Shown here: piece after piece, positions 50,371 through 63,329 of the stretch
How positions within the stretch are numbered: the first letter of the stretch is position 1
Layout of the letters: every line of letters begins with the position of its first letter
Program-made: the position numbers and the translations under genes
The notes under the pieces: model-generated
What the model was told of the DNA's origin: nothing
The model's database searches: none
What the model saw: the letters and a program-made list of their open reading frames with translations, nothing else
NCBI RefSeq assembly: GCF_039654945.1
Contig: NW_027361684.1
Span: 39,556,001-39,620,000, forward strand
Reading direction: 5' to 3'
DNA length: 64,000 nucleotides
Origin: Dendrobates tinctorius
Taxonomy: Eukaryota

Positions 50371-50752
50371 CTGGAAGAAAAAAGCAAAGAATGGTCACAC
50401 AAGCCAATTTATAGAGACGCTATTAAAGGGGTAGGTCACTCCCAGTAGGTGATGGCATACCACAATAACACAGAGGGAATGACCTATAGAACACCCCCAC
50501 CAATTCTAAGAATGGAAGAATGGCAGTGCTGCTCCATAGCAATGTCCCCTTCAATTTTTCTCAGTGTTCCAGGCCACTTGCTTCATTCTTAGGATCAGTC
50601 GGGAGTACCAGAAAACAGACCCCCACAAGTTCATTAAGTGAGGACATAGATGGGAGTAATTCTTTAGTCTGGTATGTGCATGTATTAGTCACAGTTGTGT
50701 GATATTCCAAGCATAATAGTATAGTCATTAAAAAATAGTTTTGTTTTTTTAC

Positions 50753-50885
50753 CAGACGTGTGCTGAGAGTACAGTGGTGCTGCTCTGAAACGTCGAAATC
50801 CGCAGTGAAAAATAATTTCTTCCTTCGCCCGCACTGGTTCAGTGTTCCCAGCGTGTCTCCTCACCAACATATTCACAACAGACAT
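50753..50885 (-). CDS. tsr1: TSR1 exon 11
   Basis: MSVVNML...IFHCGFRRFRAAPLYSQHTS. Confidence 0.95.
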
Positions 50886-50968
50886 CTACAAGTATAAGAC
50901 AAACTGTAGAATTTGCTTTTTTAATTTCAATTGATTTTTCTTATTGTTATAGCAGAACCATTGCTTAC

Positions 50969-51079
50969 CTTGTGTTCATGAGGAAGTAGTGAATAGAGAA
51001 CAAGTGGCGCCCCCTGTTTAAAATGTTCCAACACAGAAACTGGTACTCCAGTGATGTGTACTGTGACATACCAGCCTAC
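50969..51079 (-). CDS. tsr1: TSR1 exon 10
   Basis: VGWYVTVHITGVP...LLPHEHK. Confidence 0.95.
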
Positions 51080-51367
51080 CTACAGGGCGAAAAGAAATAA
51101 AATGTACAGTATTTGTGCCCACAAGAGGAGTATGCAGAAACCATGACAAGTTCTGTTTGGTGGCACTCAGGCCATTAGAATGTTGTAAAGGGGCAATTGG
51201 GGGAGAAGTACTTTCTAAGGGGGCACTCGGAATTATAACCTTCAAAGAAAGAGCACACTTGAGCAGTTTATGGTCTCTTCACCCGTCACTTGTAACCCAT
51301 CGCTCAGAGCAGAATGTGACTCTGCAAGTAAGAAAGGTTAGGACCTCTACTCTAATCCTTCACTTAC

Positions 51368-51530
51368 CATGGCGCCATCGTTCTCCTCCTCCTGTAATTC
51401 TCTGAAGACACGTTTTCTGGTCCTAAAAAAGTCATGAAACTGGAAGATGCGGGCATAGTCTCTGGGTAGATTTTCCTTAGGATCCCATGGTGATGTGCGG
51501 AAACTTTTCAAACCACGATACTTCTGAAAC
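51368..51530 (-). CDS. tsr1: TSR1 exon 9
   Basis: FQKYRGLKSFRTSPWDPKENLPRDYARIFQF. Confidence 0.95.
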
Positions 51531-51615
51531 CTGCAGATCAGAGATAGCAAAGAATTAAGACGCAAGTGGCATTGAGGGGACTGCTCAAAGTAATGATTTA
51601 TAGCCCTCTTTGTAC

Positions 51616-51815
51616 CGTATTCTGGCTAGCTGATCTCGTGGGGTGTCCACCTCATCTGGGAACATCTCATCCTCTCGTTGCAGTTTATATTTCTCCAACA
51701 TTTGTTCTTCCTCAGTTTCATCCAGGTTTTCATCATATTTGTCATCTCGAGTGCTGTCTGGAATAGTGACCGTCTCACTGTCCTCCTCCAGCTCTCCAGC
51801 ACTGCCTTCCTCTTC
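51616..51815 (-). CDS. tsr1: TSR1 exon 8
   Basis: EEEGSAG...EMFPDEVDTPRDQLARIR. Confidence 0.93.
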
Positions 51816-52112
51816 CTGACAATATAACACAATGGAGCATTATTGAAATAGAACAGATTATACGGTTTCATTGTTCCATATCCATAAGAGGACCCAACAT
51901 CAAGTCTAAAATGAGCAGACACGTGCTGCCAAGGGGGGTCATTAAATGTGCATTATCCAAGCCACACAGGAGTACATTTAATCTCATAAGAGAATTTAAG
52001 ATCTACTTAAAGGGCTTGGCCCACCATAACTTATCTACAGGACAGGAGATATATCCTAATAACAGGATGTTGATAACTCTAAGACAGCTTTTCGGACCAC
52101 AATGATTATTAC

Positions 52113-52279
52113 CTCTGAAACTGCTTCATCCATAGCATCTTCCTGATCATCATCATCCATGTCGTCATCATCTTCACTGTCTCCTTCTCCATCACTTCCC
52201 TCATCATCCAAGATCCACGCAGCCTGGTAAGTGGATGTACCCTTGGGAACCTTTTTTTGGACTTTGATTTTTAAGGACT
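52113..52279 (-). CDS. tsr1: TSR1 exon 7
   Basis: KKVPKGTSTYQAAWILDD plus acidic tract. Confidence 0.93.
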
Positions 52280-53209
52280 CTAATCAGAAAAATTAGAAAC
52301 AAAATTCAAATAATTTTGTTATCAGAAAGCAAGGGACTGATTCATCTGTCTGGCGGCCTAGCTCAAATCTATAATCTATGCCAAATACGAGTTGGCACTT
52401 AATGAATCTAATGAGTGGCAACACAAGCAACCCGGCTCACTATTTCTTAACAGAGAAGCATGACAGCCACGTCCTGCAGACATTCAGGAAATATAGTGCA
52501 TATAATTCAGTAACTAGAGGGATTCCAAAAATGACAATTCACATAGTGACGATAAACTGTATTGTGTTAGCAGACAAAATTGCAAGTCATTTTGTTAAAA
52601 ATTGATGTCTTACCACCAAAAATACCCTAACTGGCCATCTCTCTGTCTAACCTGCGGTCAGGTGTAATCAGTTCGCATGAGACAGGTTACAATAAGAGGA
52701 AACGTGTTTATTGCATCTCTGCTTCTGCTCTGTCAACCACACTACATACAGATATAACAAAGATGGGGCTTCCGTACAGGGCTGACAAGCCATTTAACAA
52801 TGGCGGGAACAATCCTTGCTGGATTGTGAGAGGAAAAGAGGCTTCACTACTAAAAATGAACAATCCAATTCACACTGCCCTGGTTTTGCATCCAGTTTGA
52901 TCCTCTGTGGAAGTCCGTTTTCAGTTCTGTGACCGGCACTCACAGACTCTGGTGCTTACTAGACCCCACAACATCACCTGACTACTACTGACTGGGCCCC
53001 ACATAACATCACATAGCCTAGAAAGCGCTAGAGGTGGCCATATGGTGAAGTGAGGACCAGCTGCAACACGACTGGACGCCGGACCAGGATAGAAACAAAT
53101 CAAATTGCTCATCTCTATCTAGCACCTATAGTTCTGGCAGAATACCAGAGTGGATAGAATGAGACACAGGACAGACTTTGACAAGGATGACACGTTACAG
53201 ACCATTTAC

Positions 53210-53366
53210 CCTCTGCTTCCTTCATTTCTTCCTCAGTAGGCCAGGTCTGCTCGCCCTCCATGGGATCAGGAACTACCTCAGACTGCAGGGACTCTTGTAC
53301 TGATGGATCAGCCTTCATCAGGACCTTCACATCCTCATCCATCTCTGCACAGTTACTAGGGTCATC
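53210..53366 (-). CDS. tsr1: TSR1 exon 6
   Basis: VLMKADPSVQESLQSEVVPDPMEGEQTWPTEEE. Confidence 0.93.
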
Positions 53367-54428
53367 CTGTTAGAGCACAAATAGCTCAGATCATTTCCTG
53401 CGTGGATTTATCATGTTCTTTAACACAGTTAACATTCAAAACCATTTCTCTTTTACATCCAAAATGCTACTGAAGAAAAGCGATGCCCTGCTTTCTAGCG
53501 TAGTCGTTAGACTAAGCTGATATTTTGGGTTGGTTTTTTTTTGTTGTTTTTTTTTTAAGAAAACGCCTTTTAAAAAAATATTCTGAAAAACAAAGTTTGC
53601 TAGAGTACAAAAGAATTTGTTGACAGGCGAATTTGGCATCAGTGGCACGGTTCAGGGCCGTCGTTCACACTGGTGTAAAACATTTCATGGGTACTCAGTG
53701 TAGTACTGTTAGGCCGGGTCATCAGAGGTCATTCGCGCAATGCATCTCTTGGAATGGAAGTTGCCGGCAGCGCCATGAGGATTCCAGGGGCCGACGGAGG
53801 GTATGTATATCTCTATTTTTTTATTATTTTTAACAGGAATATGGTACCCAGGGCATGGACGAGAGTCTCCTTTCCTCCAGACCCTGGGTACCATCCGCAC
53901 ATGAAGCGCTCACTTTATGCATGGTGGGCATATATCCACATGCGTAAAGTGAGTGTTTCAATGCAATCCTATGGCGGCGGAATTGCCGCAATTCTGCAGA
54001 AATAATGGACATGCTGCGGATTTTACCGCTATGTGATTCTGCAGCAGAAAAATCCGCAGCATGGGCACAGCAACTGCGGAATTCCATAGGATTGCATGGG
54101 GATGCGTTATTAGCATTTTAGGCATTTCCACTGCTTCGGAAACGCATAAAAAAAGCAATGTGGGCACACAGCCTTAGAATATCCCAGCATGCACTTAAGA
54201 TTCTCAAACGTAGTGTCATCAGAACAGAAATAGATACCCATTTCTAGTGACAAGCGAGCATGCTCGGATAAGGTGTTATCCGGGCACGCTTGTGTGCTAA
54301 TAGAGTACCTTCGGCATGCTCAAATACTATGTTCGATTCGCCATGGCTGCACGTCTCGTGACTGTTCGATAGCCAGAACATATGCAGGGATTGCTTGATT
54401 GTTAGAGACATGCAGCCACGGTGACTAA

Positions 54429-56355
54429 GGGTGTGTTCCCATGGTCAGTAAACGCTGCGAGTTGGACGCTGTGTACATCAGTAGCGTCACACCCGCAAAG
54501 TCCAGATGCTACAGCATGATGGATAGGATTTCATGAAATCCCATCTCCACTATGTATCCTGAGACGCCTCCGACTTCCCTGCGGAGACACACATGCGGCG
54601 CGTCTTTACAGACCACAGCATGTCAATTTATATAGCGGAGACATTCTGTTTCTGCTGCGTAAATTACCCATTCACTATCATTAAACGTGGTAAAACCGCA
54701 TTATCTTTCTAGTCACATGAGTAGTAAGTGCAGGAACACACCTTACTACGCATGTCTACCAATTTAAAGAAAGGTGTACCTTGTTTCAGACAGCAGTACA
54801 GCTACACTGCAGTTCTTGCGATGAGCTGATCGCGAGAACTGCTGTGCACGGGGTTATCGCCGGTCACTTTCCAAGTTCTCACAATCAGCTGACCGCGAGA
54901 ACTAAAGTGCACATGACCAACGGGAACCGTGTTATCTCCTCCGGTCCGGTGATCATCCTCAAGCTCCGCTCTGTCTGGATGTCAGGCTGACTGGTGGCAC
55001 CATTCAACCAAAGGCATCAAGATGTAGCAGAGCTGGACTCATCGAGGGACAGTATGTATGTCTTCTCGACGGACAGGTATGGTATATTGTTGCTTTTTTA
55101 TTTTACTTTTCTTCCAGGAGAACAAGGGCATCGGTGGAATAGGCGATGCAGTAAGTGTGGTTTAAGATCTATTAAAGGAGTCTGTGTCATTTTTATTAAA
55201 GGACTTTATTCTGGCTGTGTCTTTATTTAGCATTAACTGTAGGATTAGTAATGGATTGGTGTCTTATAGACGCTGCTCCATTACTAAGCCGTGGGGCTTG
55301 ATGTCACCCGACAATACAAAGGTGACATCAACCCCACAAATAAGAACCCCACTTGCCACCGCTACAGGGCAAGTGGGAAGAGCCGGCTAAAGTTCCACAA
55401 TTGGTATATCTCTGGATGTGCCAATTGTGGGGTGGCTGTGGGCTGCTATTTTTAGGCCGGTGAGGGCCAAAATCCATGGGCCTCGCCAATCTGAGAATAC
55501 CAGGCTGCAGCTGTTTTTTCCTTGGCTGGTTAACAAAAAATAGGGGGACCCCATGCTATTTTTTCTTGGAGGGGATCTCACTATTTTTCCTAACCATCCA
55601 AAGTAAGCAGACTGCTGCGGCCTGGTGTTATCAGGCTTGTAAGGTTCATGGATATTGGATCTTTACCAGCCTGAGAATACCAGCCCGCAGCTGTCTGCTT
55701 TATTCTTGGCTGGTTAACAAATATAGGGGGACACCACGCTATTTTTTTTTTGGAGGGGATCCCACTATTTTTGCTAACCATCCAAGGTAAGCAGACTGCC
55801 GCGGCCTGGTATTATCAGACTGGTAAGGTTCATGGATATTGGATCCTTTCCAGCCTGAAATACCAGTCCCAGTAGTCTGCCTTACTCTGGCTAGTTAAAT
55901 ATAGGGGGACCCCACACTTTTTTTTCTTTCATTATTATTTATTAAAAAGGAGGGGGACCTCTCTGTGCTTTTCTCCACTTCCTGTGTCGTGTACTTCTGG
56001 CTGTGTCACAAGATTCACCATTTAAACTAGTACACGTGTAGTAAGCTGCGCTCCCGCACTTAATACACGTGACTAGGAAGATAATGTGGTCTTACCGCAT
56101 CTAATGAAAGTGTATGGGTAATTTACACAGGAGACTGAGCATCTCTGCTACATAAGTTGACATGCTGCGGTCTGGAAAGACATGCCGCATGTCCGTCTCT
56201 GCAGGGGATCCGCAGGTATCGGTGCTCGCATAGTGGGCATGGGATTTCTTGAAATCCCATCCACTATGCTTAAACAGCTGGACGCTGCAGGTTGGACATT
56301 GCGGATGTATGCAGCATCCAACCCACAGCATTTACTGTCTGTGGAAACATACACC
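54429..56355. mobile_element. Large non-autonomous Harbinger-like foldback element with internal tandem duplications
   Basis: taa|gggtgtgttccca..cagtaaa / tttactg..tggaaacatacacc; ~300-bp inverted arms; repeated modules at 55480-55920. Confidence 0.55.
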
Positions 56356-56703
56356 AATATATCTGCAAACAGGAAATCACATTTTCCTTCCCAGAAGCCA
56401 ACTTTCAATTAGCTTTATTTCAAGTGACAAAAATGCATCAAAAACACAGGTGACCTGCCAGTGACCTCAGATGCAGATTTGGTGCAGATTTCACCTGCGT
56501 CAAATCCTGAGCCAATCCTGATTGTGTGCACATACCCTTACATAGTAATCGAGCACGTTGAAGATACTCTAATGCACGAGCGTGCTTGGATAACACCTTA
56601 TAAATGGACATTTAGGGTGAAAATCAGTATTAGTTTCCGTTTCTCTCCATTGATCGTGCTTCTCAACAGAAAACAAATATATACAATTACAAAACAGACA
56701 TAC

Positions 56704-57128
56704 CGCCATTTCCACATCCTGCCCTTTTTTGGATTTGTGGACCCGTGGGTTCAGTGGGTAAGGGTCAGGAGATGCATCAATCTGAGACATCTGAAAGTCT
56801 CCATGACCAACAATATGAATCAGTCTGTTAACATTGAGTTCCTGTCCCCGGACATAGCCAGACACTTTCAATGTGCCCACCAGACCGCTCTCATCAGATG
56901 GCTGAAAATCGGCTCTGTGTGCCAGCATATAACAACGCCGGCCCCTGAACGCCAAGTGCCTTTGTTTCTGGGTGGACATCTGCCTTAGGAGCAAGGCGGC
57001 TTCTTGGTCTGAATCCAGGTTCAACAGTTTGGCATCAGGGAATCTCTTCTCAATCATTTTACTCAGATTTTTCTTGGCATCGTTCCGTTTCTTTATTGGG
57101 ATCTCATTCATTCCTTGCACAGCAAGCA
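56704..57128 (-). CDS. tsr1: TSR1 exon 5
   Basis: GTLKVSGYVRGQELNVNRLIHIVGHGDFQMSQI. Confidence 0.95.
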
Positions 57129-57437
57129 CTAGAACAGAAAGAATAAGCCATGATGCCGATTATATTGTGTAAAGGAAACACCAGTGAGGCAGCGTGCTGC
57201 GTCTGCTCAGCAATATTCACAGCCATTACAGAAATTAATGGAGAGCTCCACGCCATTATATGCACGCTCCATATTACTGATGTAACACCCACGCACAATC
57301 AGTTGTGTTGGACTGGGCTACAGTACGGGGGCAATAGTTTATTCAAGGGAAGCCCACTGTTATGGTGATAGTTTATCTTCAGACATTTAGGAATATGACA
57401 TGTTCAGACAGTGTATACACAGCATGGAATCTCTTAC

Positions 57438-57572
57438 CAAAACTAGGCAGGCCCTGAGCAAACAGGCAGGAGAGGCAGTAATCTCCATAACTGTCCCATC
57501 CCTCCTGGGGGTCCAGGACAAACAGAAGGGTATCCGCCACTTTGGCCAGATCCAGCAAAGAAAGCAGATCAT
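57438..57572 (-). CDS. tsr1: TSR1 exon 4
   Basis: LLDLAKVADTLLFVLDP...LFAQGLPSF. Confidence 0.95.
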
Positions 57573-57652
57573 CTGTATAACAAGGAGAGAAGCGCACGGT
57601 GTAATAGCGGAATGGTTTGCAGTTAGTGATCAACGTTGGGGTTTGTCCTTAC

Positions 57653-57866
57653 CCCTGTTCGCTTTAACAAACCGCCATCGCTGCTTCAGCTTCGGACACA
57701 AGAGAGCAAACCTGCCAGTAGAGCCCTCCTCATGAAGTACATCCCCCACATTGCCCTGCACCAGATTCACGAGGCCATCTGTAACCACATTGGCATGGAG
57801 GGGAACCACAGCAACAAGGTGTGGGGGGCCATCTTTGCTACCCAAGTTGCGCTTCTCTGTGAGCAC
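57653..57866 (-). CDS. tsr1: TSR1 exon 3
   Basis: VLTEKRNLGSKDGPPHLVAVVPLH...CPKLKQRWRF. Confidence 0.95.
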
Positions 57867-58094
57867 CTGTACAGATAAATATATCATACAGATGATTAGA
57901 AGTCATGATATTCAGGAAATTATCACCAGTAAACATTCTAATTTTTCATTTTCGGCATTTTGTGCATTCAGTGTACTGCACTACATGTGCACACCATCAA
58001 TGCGGCTATTTGGCCTTGCTATAGAAATATATAAAGGTGTCATGGAAGCAATCAGAGCCCAGTACAGATCTGTGACTCCAAGTGCTGCCGTAAA

Positions 58095-58480
58095 ATTCTG
58101 AATTGGGTGCTTTATGCACTGAGCCGCACTGCCGTATTCCTCTATACACCACATCTGATGGCGGCCATACAATACTAAATTGGGTGCTTTATATACCGAG
58201 CCGCCCTCTCTGATGTCTCTACACGTCATCTGATGGTTGCCATAGAATACTCCTCCATTGGGTGCTTTATGCACCGAGCCACACTCTCAATGTTTGTCGA
58301 CACAGCATCTGATGGCCGCCGAACAATGCTCCATTGTTTGCTTTATGCACCGAGTCACACTCCCTAATGTCTCTACACACCACATCTGATGGCGGCCGTA
58401 CAATGGTTCCATTGGGAGCTTTATGCACTGAGCCACACTCTCCGATATCTCTATACACACACTGCATCTGATGGCGGCAT
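58095..58480. repeat. Degenerate minisatellite, ~80 bp unit, ~5 copies
   Basis: gggtgctttatgcactgagcc...catctgatggcggcc repeated. Confidence 0.75.
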
Positions 58481-58600
58481 ACTGAGAAATTGAAGAAACT
58501 CTGTACTTTTCTGGCTGTCCAATTACAGGTCCATTACAGTGAGCCACAATACAGCCATGTACATGTGGTCTAGAACAGGTAATAAACCTGATGGACTCAC

Positions 58601-58704
58601 AGCATCTTTCCGGTTTCTGCGGATCTGGTTGGCTTTATGTCTCCTGTCCAGCTTGCTTAAATGTTTCTTTATTTTTTTGCTCAGAACTTTGACAGGTACT
58701 CGCC
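58601..58704 (-). CDS. tsr1: TSR1 exon 2
   Basis: GRVPVK...LSKLDRRHKANQIRRNRKDA. Confidence 0.95.
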
Positions 58705-60459
58705 CTAAATGAAAAAAAAAAAAAAGTTTTTTAGTTGACATCAGTCACTATATACAATGCTGAAGAAAGGAAATCCTGCTGCATGATGTAAATTGGGACT
58801 TAGCAGTAGAACGTGATCAGACACGGCCCATAATGTCAGATGCCAAAGAACAAAAAAACCAATGGCATAGGACTGCCCCTAACACTCCACAGAAGTGAAT
58901 GGAGACCAACGCTGGCAAGTGGCAGCAAAGGACCATATTCATACAGGTTATTCCATAAACCAAGTATTTGGGTAATGTGTGCTCAAGCCGCATTCTATGG
59001 AGACAGACAAGGGAAAAAATGATTTTGACATTCGTGCAATATTTTTTTTAAATTCAAGATAACGGCTAGGTTTTATGCGGCGGTCGTTGTTGCTTTGTTA
59101 CAGTATGTAAGATCAGACCTCGGCACCAGTCTATACAGGATCTAAATGTTGCACAAGTTTCATAGGAGATTGGTAGAAGCATCACTAGCACAATGAGATA
59201 AAGTCAACCCACGATACAAGCCTAAAGGCCTGCATACACACTGGAGGAAAGGCGGCTTAACTACCCAATAGCAGCCTACCATCTAATCCATATGGGGTCT
59301 CCAACTGTCCCCCAAAAAATGATGTTGAGGGACATAAGAACTGGGCATTTGGAATTCAATCACTCGATCTTTTTGTACAGTGGGGAGATAAGGCACGACA
59401 AGATGACTCTCACATCAGCTTTCATAGAAAACAGGAATGCTGGGTCAAGTAAATGTAGGAGTTTGGTGAGAAAGCTGGCCTCAAATGTGTAGCACCAGCT
59501 TAAAGGGGTTGTCTATGTGACTGCAGACTTGTGAATCCTCACATCGTACGTTGTGAGGGTACTCTGGTGCAAGTATGTGATTTGTATAGTTCTGGCTACA
59601 TTCCAACTAGGCGCTTTGGGCATCTCTCATGTCTAGTCAGCACATGACTGCATTTATGCAAATCGCATACTTGCGCCCACGGAGCCTGGGAGACAGCATC
59701 AGAGAATTCACAAGTCTGCAGTCACAGAGTGACTACAGACTTGGAGGTTAAGACCAGACAAACCCTCTCATAGGAATCCATGTAAACTCCCTTTAATACA
59801 TTTGTATTATAAGTCAGTGCCTACGTTTTATAGAAATCCATGAGCAAATTGTAATGCAAATAAGCTACCAGCATAGGAGTCTTGGTCTGTCCTTAGAGCT
59901 CTCCCTCTTTCCCCAATCCCCCGCTACCTCCCTCCTATCAGTGACTGACTAATCACTTATCTATGACCGGCTTGCACAACCGCCGTCATTCCTGTAGGTG
60001 GCACACGCAACATAAGGTCCTGATGGTGTTTGAGTGATGTCTGTTGATCTACGCATGTGCCACCCTTAGGGCATGACTGTGCCTGTGCGAGATCTTTGCC
60101 AGGGAAAGTCACAGAGAAGAGGGATCTGTCAGTCACTGATAGGAAGTATCGTCGGGTGGGAAAGCTACAAGTGCACGGCTAAGGTCTCGGCACCGGTGGC
60201 TAATTTGTATGAGAATTCACCAATGGATTTCTATAAAACAGAGGCACTGACCTGTAAAACAAAAGTATGGACATCATTAACATTACAGGGACCTTACATA
60301 TACGGCATACTCCGGGGCCCAAAAACGTGCTGACAGGTTCCCTTTAAGGCTCAGATCTCATGGGTTGCAGGATTGCTAGAATATTACAGCTACACAATAT
60401 GGCAATCCTGCAGAGTCTGACAGTGGTAGGACACTAAGAGGGGCTGTTCAGGGGGGAGA

Positions 60460-61675
60460 CATGCCATTACACGAGGGGCTGTAGGGCGGAGGCATCCCAT
60501 TACGCGAGGGGCTGTAGGGCGGAGGCATCCCACTATGCGAGGGGCTGTAGGGCGGAAGCATCCCACTATGCGAGGGGCTGTAGGGCGGAGGCATCCCACT
60601 ATGCGAGGGGCTGTAGGGCGGAGGCATCCCACTATGCGAGGGGCTGTAGGGCGGAGGCATCCCACTATGCGAGGGGCTGTAGGGGGGGACCCATCCCATT
60701 ATGCGAGGGGCTGTAGGGGGCGCCATCCCATTATGCGAGGGGCTGTAGGGGGGGAGCCATCCCATTATGTGAGGGGCTGTAGGGGGGGAGCCATCCCATT
60801 ATGTGAGGGGCTGTAGGGGGGGAGCCATCCCATTATGTGAGGGGCTGTAGGGGGGGGAGCCATCCCATTATGTGAGGGGCTGTAGGGGGGGGAGCCATCC
60901 CATTATGTGAGGGGCTGTAGGGGGGGGGAGCCATCCCATTATGTGAGGGGCTGTAGTGGGGGGAGCCATCCCATTATGTGAGGGGCTGTAGGGGGGGGAG
61001 CCATCCCATTATGTGAGGGGCTGTAGGGGGGGGAGCCATCCCATTATGTGAGGGGCTGTAGGGGGGGGAGCCATCCCATTATGTGAGGGGCTGTAGGGGG
61101 GGGAGCCATCCCATTATGTGAGGGGCTGTAGGGGGGGGAGCCATCCCATTATGTGAGGGGCTGTAGGGGGGGGAGCCATCCCATTATGTGAGGGGCTGTA
61201 GGGGGGGGAGCCATCCCATTATGTGAGGGGCTGTAGGGGGGGGAGCCATCCCATTATGTGAGGGGCTGTAGGGGGGGGAGCCATCCCATTATGTGAGGGG
61301 CTGTAGGGGGGGGAGCCATCCCATTATGTGGGGGGCTGTAGGGGGGGGAGCCATCCCATTATGTGAGGGGCTGTAGGGGGAGCCATCCCATTATGTGAGG
61401 GGCTGTAGGGGGGGGAGCCATCCCATTATGTGGGGGGCTGTAGGGGGAGCCATCCCATTATGTGAGGGGCTGTAGGGGGGGGGAGCCATCCCATTATGTG
61501 AGGGGCTGTAGGGGGGGGAGGCATCCCATTATGTGAGGGGCTGTAGGGGGGGGAGCCATCCCATTATGTGGGGGGCTGTAGGGGGAGCCATCCCATTATG
61601 TGAGGGGCTGGAGGGGGGAGGCATCCCATTATGTGAGGGGCTGGAGGGGGGAGGCATCCCATTATGTGAGGGGCT
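60460..61675. repeat. ~35-bp G-rich minisatellite, ~34 copies
   Basis: ccatcccattatgtgaggggctgtagggggggggag repeated. Confidence 0.95.
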
Positions 61676-61938
61676 CTTCTCTGGGCAGCGCCGCCCTGCG
61701 CTGATATTATGCACATTAGTGATGGTAGTGATACACAGGCCCTGGAGTAAGTACCAGTAACATATTATTAGCTGACTGCACAGTTATCTATCATGATTTT
61801 ATTTTCATTCTAGGGGAGCTCTATAAATGTGGCCAGCCGCGGGTGACAGGCGCTGTGCAGCACAGGCAGCGCATGGGGCAGTGACTACACGTGGAGAGCA
61901 CATGGAGGCGCCGGGCCGCGGCCGCACCGCACTCTCAC

Positions 61939-62053
61939 CTTTGTTCTCACGGTCCTGTTCTCCTTTCCCTCGGTGCCGACCAGTCTTGTGCGACTTATTC
62001 TGCTGCTTAAAAGCTCCGGGCCGGTGTGCAGCCTGCTGCTCGCCCGCCGCCAT
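61939..62053 (-). CDS. tsr1: TSR1 exon 1
   Basis: atcATGG; MAAGEQQAAHRPGAFKQQNKSHKTGRHRGKGEQDRENK; G|gtgaga. Confidence 0.95.
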
Positions 62054-62059
62054 GATGCT

Positions 62060-62257
62060 TCCCGCAGCTCTCAGCCTTGCCCTCCGCTACACCCCTGCAC
62101 TGGAGAACCGCCCAACTCAGGGCGGAAGGTGGCCGGCTCTCGTGCACGCATGCGCCGCGGCTTATCTGCGGCCGTTTCCTGTCCTTAGCTCTGTCAGATA
62201 CATGAGTGAAGTGATTTCGCTCCCAGTTTTGTGTGAAGCAACTGATATCACGGATAA
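62060..62257 (-). promoter_or_regulatory. tsr1 proximal promoter
   Basis: CpG-rich; NRF1-like cgcatgcgc 62147-62155; ETS-like cggaag. Confidence 0.55.
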
Positions 62258-62651
62258 GGCCTCTTTCACACTTCAGTTTTTTACAATCAGTCACAATCCG
62301 CCAGGTTTTGAAAAAAACGGATCCTCAATTTTCTTTTGAGGATCCGTTTTTTTTCTCCATTGACTTGCATTATTGGCGGATTGTGACGGATTGCCGTCCA
62401 TTGCATCCGGGTTTTTTTGAGGATCCGCCAAAAGTTGCTGTCCATCCTCCAGACACTCACCCAAAATTCTTTCTGGTTGCCGGACCAAAAAAACTCTCTC
62501 TCGGCTGCAATTCCTTTAAAATTCTTCATTTTGCAGATCCGTCAAAAAAACGGACGGGTGGCATCCGTTGTCATCAGTTCTAAAACAGATCCAGCATCCG
62601 TCCTTTTGGCGGATTTTGACTGATGCAAAAAACTGAAGTGTGAATGAGGCC
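62258..62651. mobile_element. Harbinger-type MITE
   Basis: taa|ggcctctttcacacttcag...ctgaagtgtgaatgaggcc|tta. Confidence 0.85.
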
Positions 62652-62691
62652 TTAGCATATTCCCATGTCACCACTGATGCACTGAGAGTAA

Positions 62692-63064
62692 AGCCCCCTT
62701 CTCACATAGCGAGATCGCTAAAGCGTCACCGATTTTGTGACGCAGCAGCGATATTGCTAGCGATCTCGCTACATGTGATACTTACCTCCGACCGGCTCCC
62801 CCGCTGGATATCGCTGATCGTGCGAGAACAGGATGGTGCATTTCTCATCGTCGGCTTTCTGCTGGTGCCGACGAGCGACTCCATGGACGCGGGCAGAAAA
62901 CGTCACCATCGCTGCGTGTGACAGGTAAGTGCCGACCGCCGAGCATCGCTGCTATGTCGCTGGTGAGATCTGCCTGTGTGACAGCTCACTAGTGACCATT
63001 TAACGATGCACCAGCGATCCTGACCTGGTCGTATCGCTGGTGCATCACTAAATGTAACGGGACC
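62692..63064. mobile_element. Harbinger-type MITE with subterminal hairpins
   Basis: Related to 46695-46994; ends gggacc|tta. Confidence 0.6.
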
Positions 63065-63329
63065 TTAATACAAGAAATCCCAATGTGCTATTAGTCCACA
63101 TTGGATAAAACAAAAGCCAGCGGCCATGTGGAAGACAAAGAATGTCAGGCAGTTCTCTGACACACATCTGGATCAGCCAGGAAATAACCAAAAGAAAAAA
63201 AAATGAAAATATACAACTTTACCAATAGCATAGGGGCCATAGATTGCGTTTTGCCCCTTCCCATAAAACATGGTTATTATTATTATTTATATAGCACCAT
63301 TGATTCCATGGTGCTGTACATGAGTCACC

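Larger units (their letters stand above)
48513..62053 (-). other. tsr1: tsr1 gene span (40S ribosome maturation factor TSR1; 15 coding exons, 2436 nt, 811 aa)
   Basis: MAAGEQQAAHRPGAFKQQNKSHKTGRHRGKG...; RFQKYRGLKSFRTSPWDP; [15 protein letters not shown]; all introns GT-AG with matching phases. Confidence 0.97.

Noticed and set aside
48692-58600. Intronic C/D snoRNAs (mammalian TSR1 hosts SNORD91A/B)
   Set aside because: No convincing box C/box D pair with terminal stem seen by eye; tgtctgaa words near 57378-57411 lack a box C. An Infernal/Rfam scan would decide
60390-60816. PPYSPSH repeat ORF resembling the RNA polymerase II CTD
   Set aside because: Translation artefact of the minisatellite; variable unit length breaks the frame
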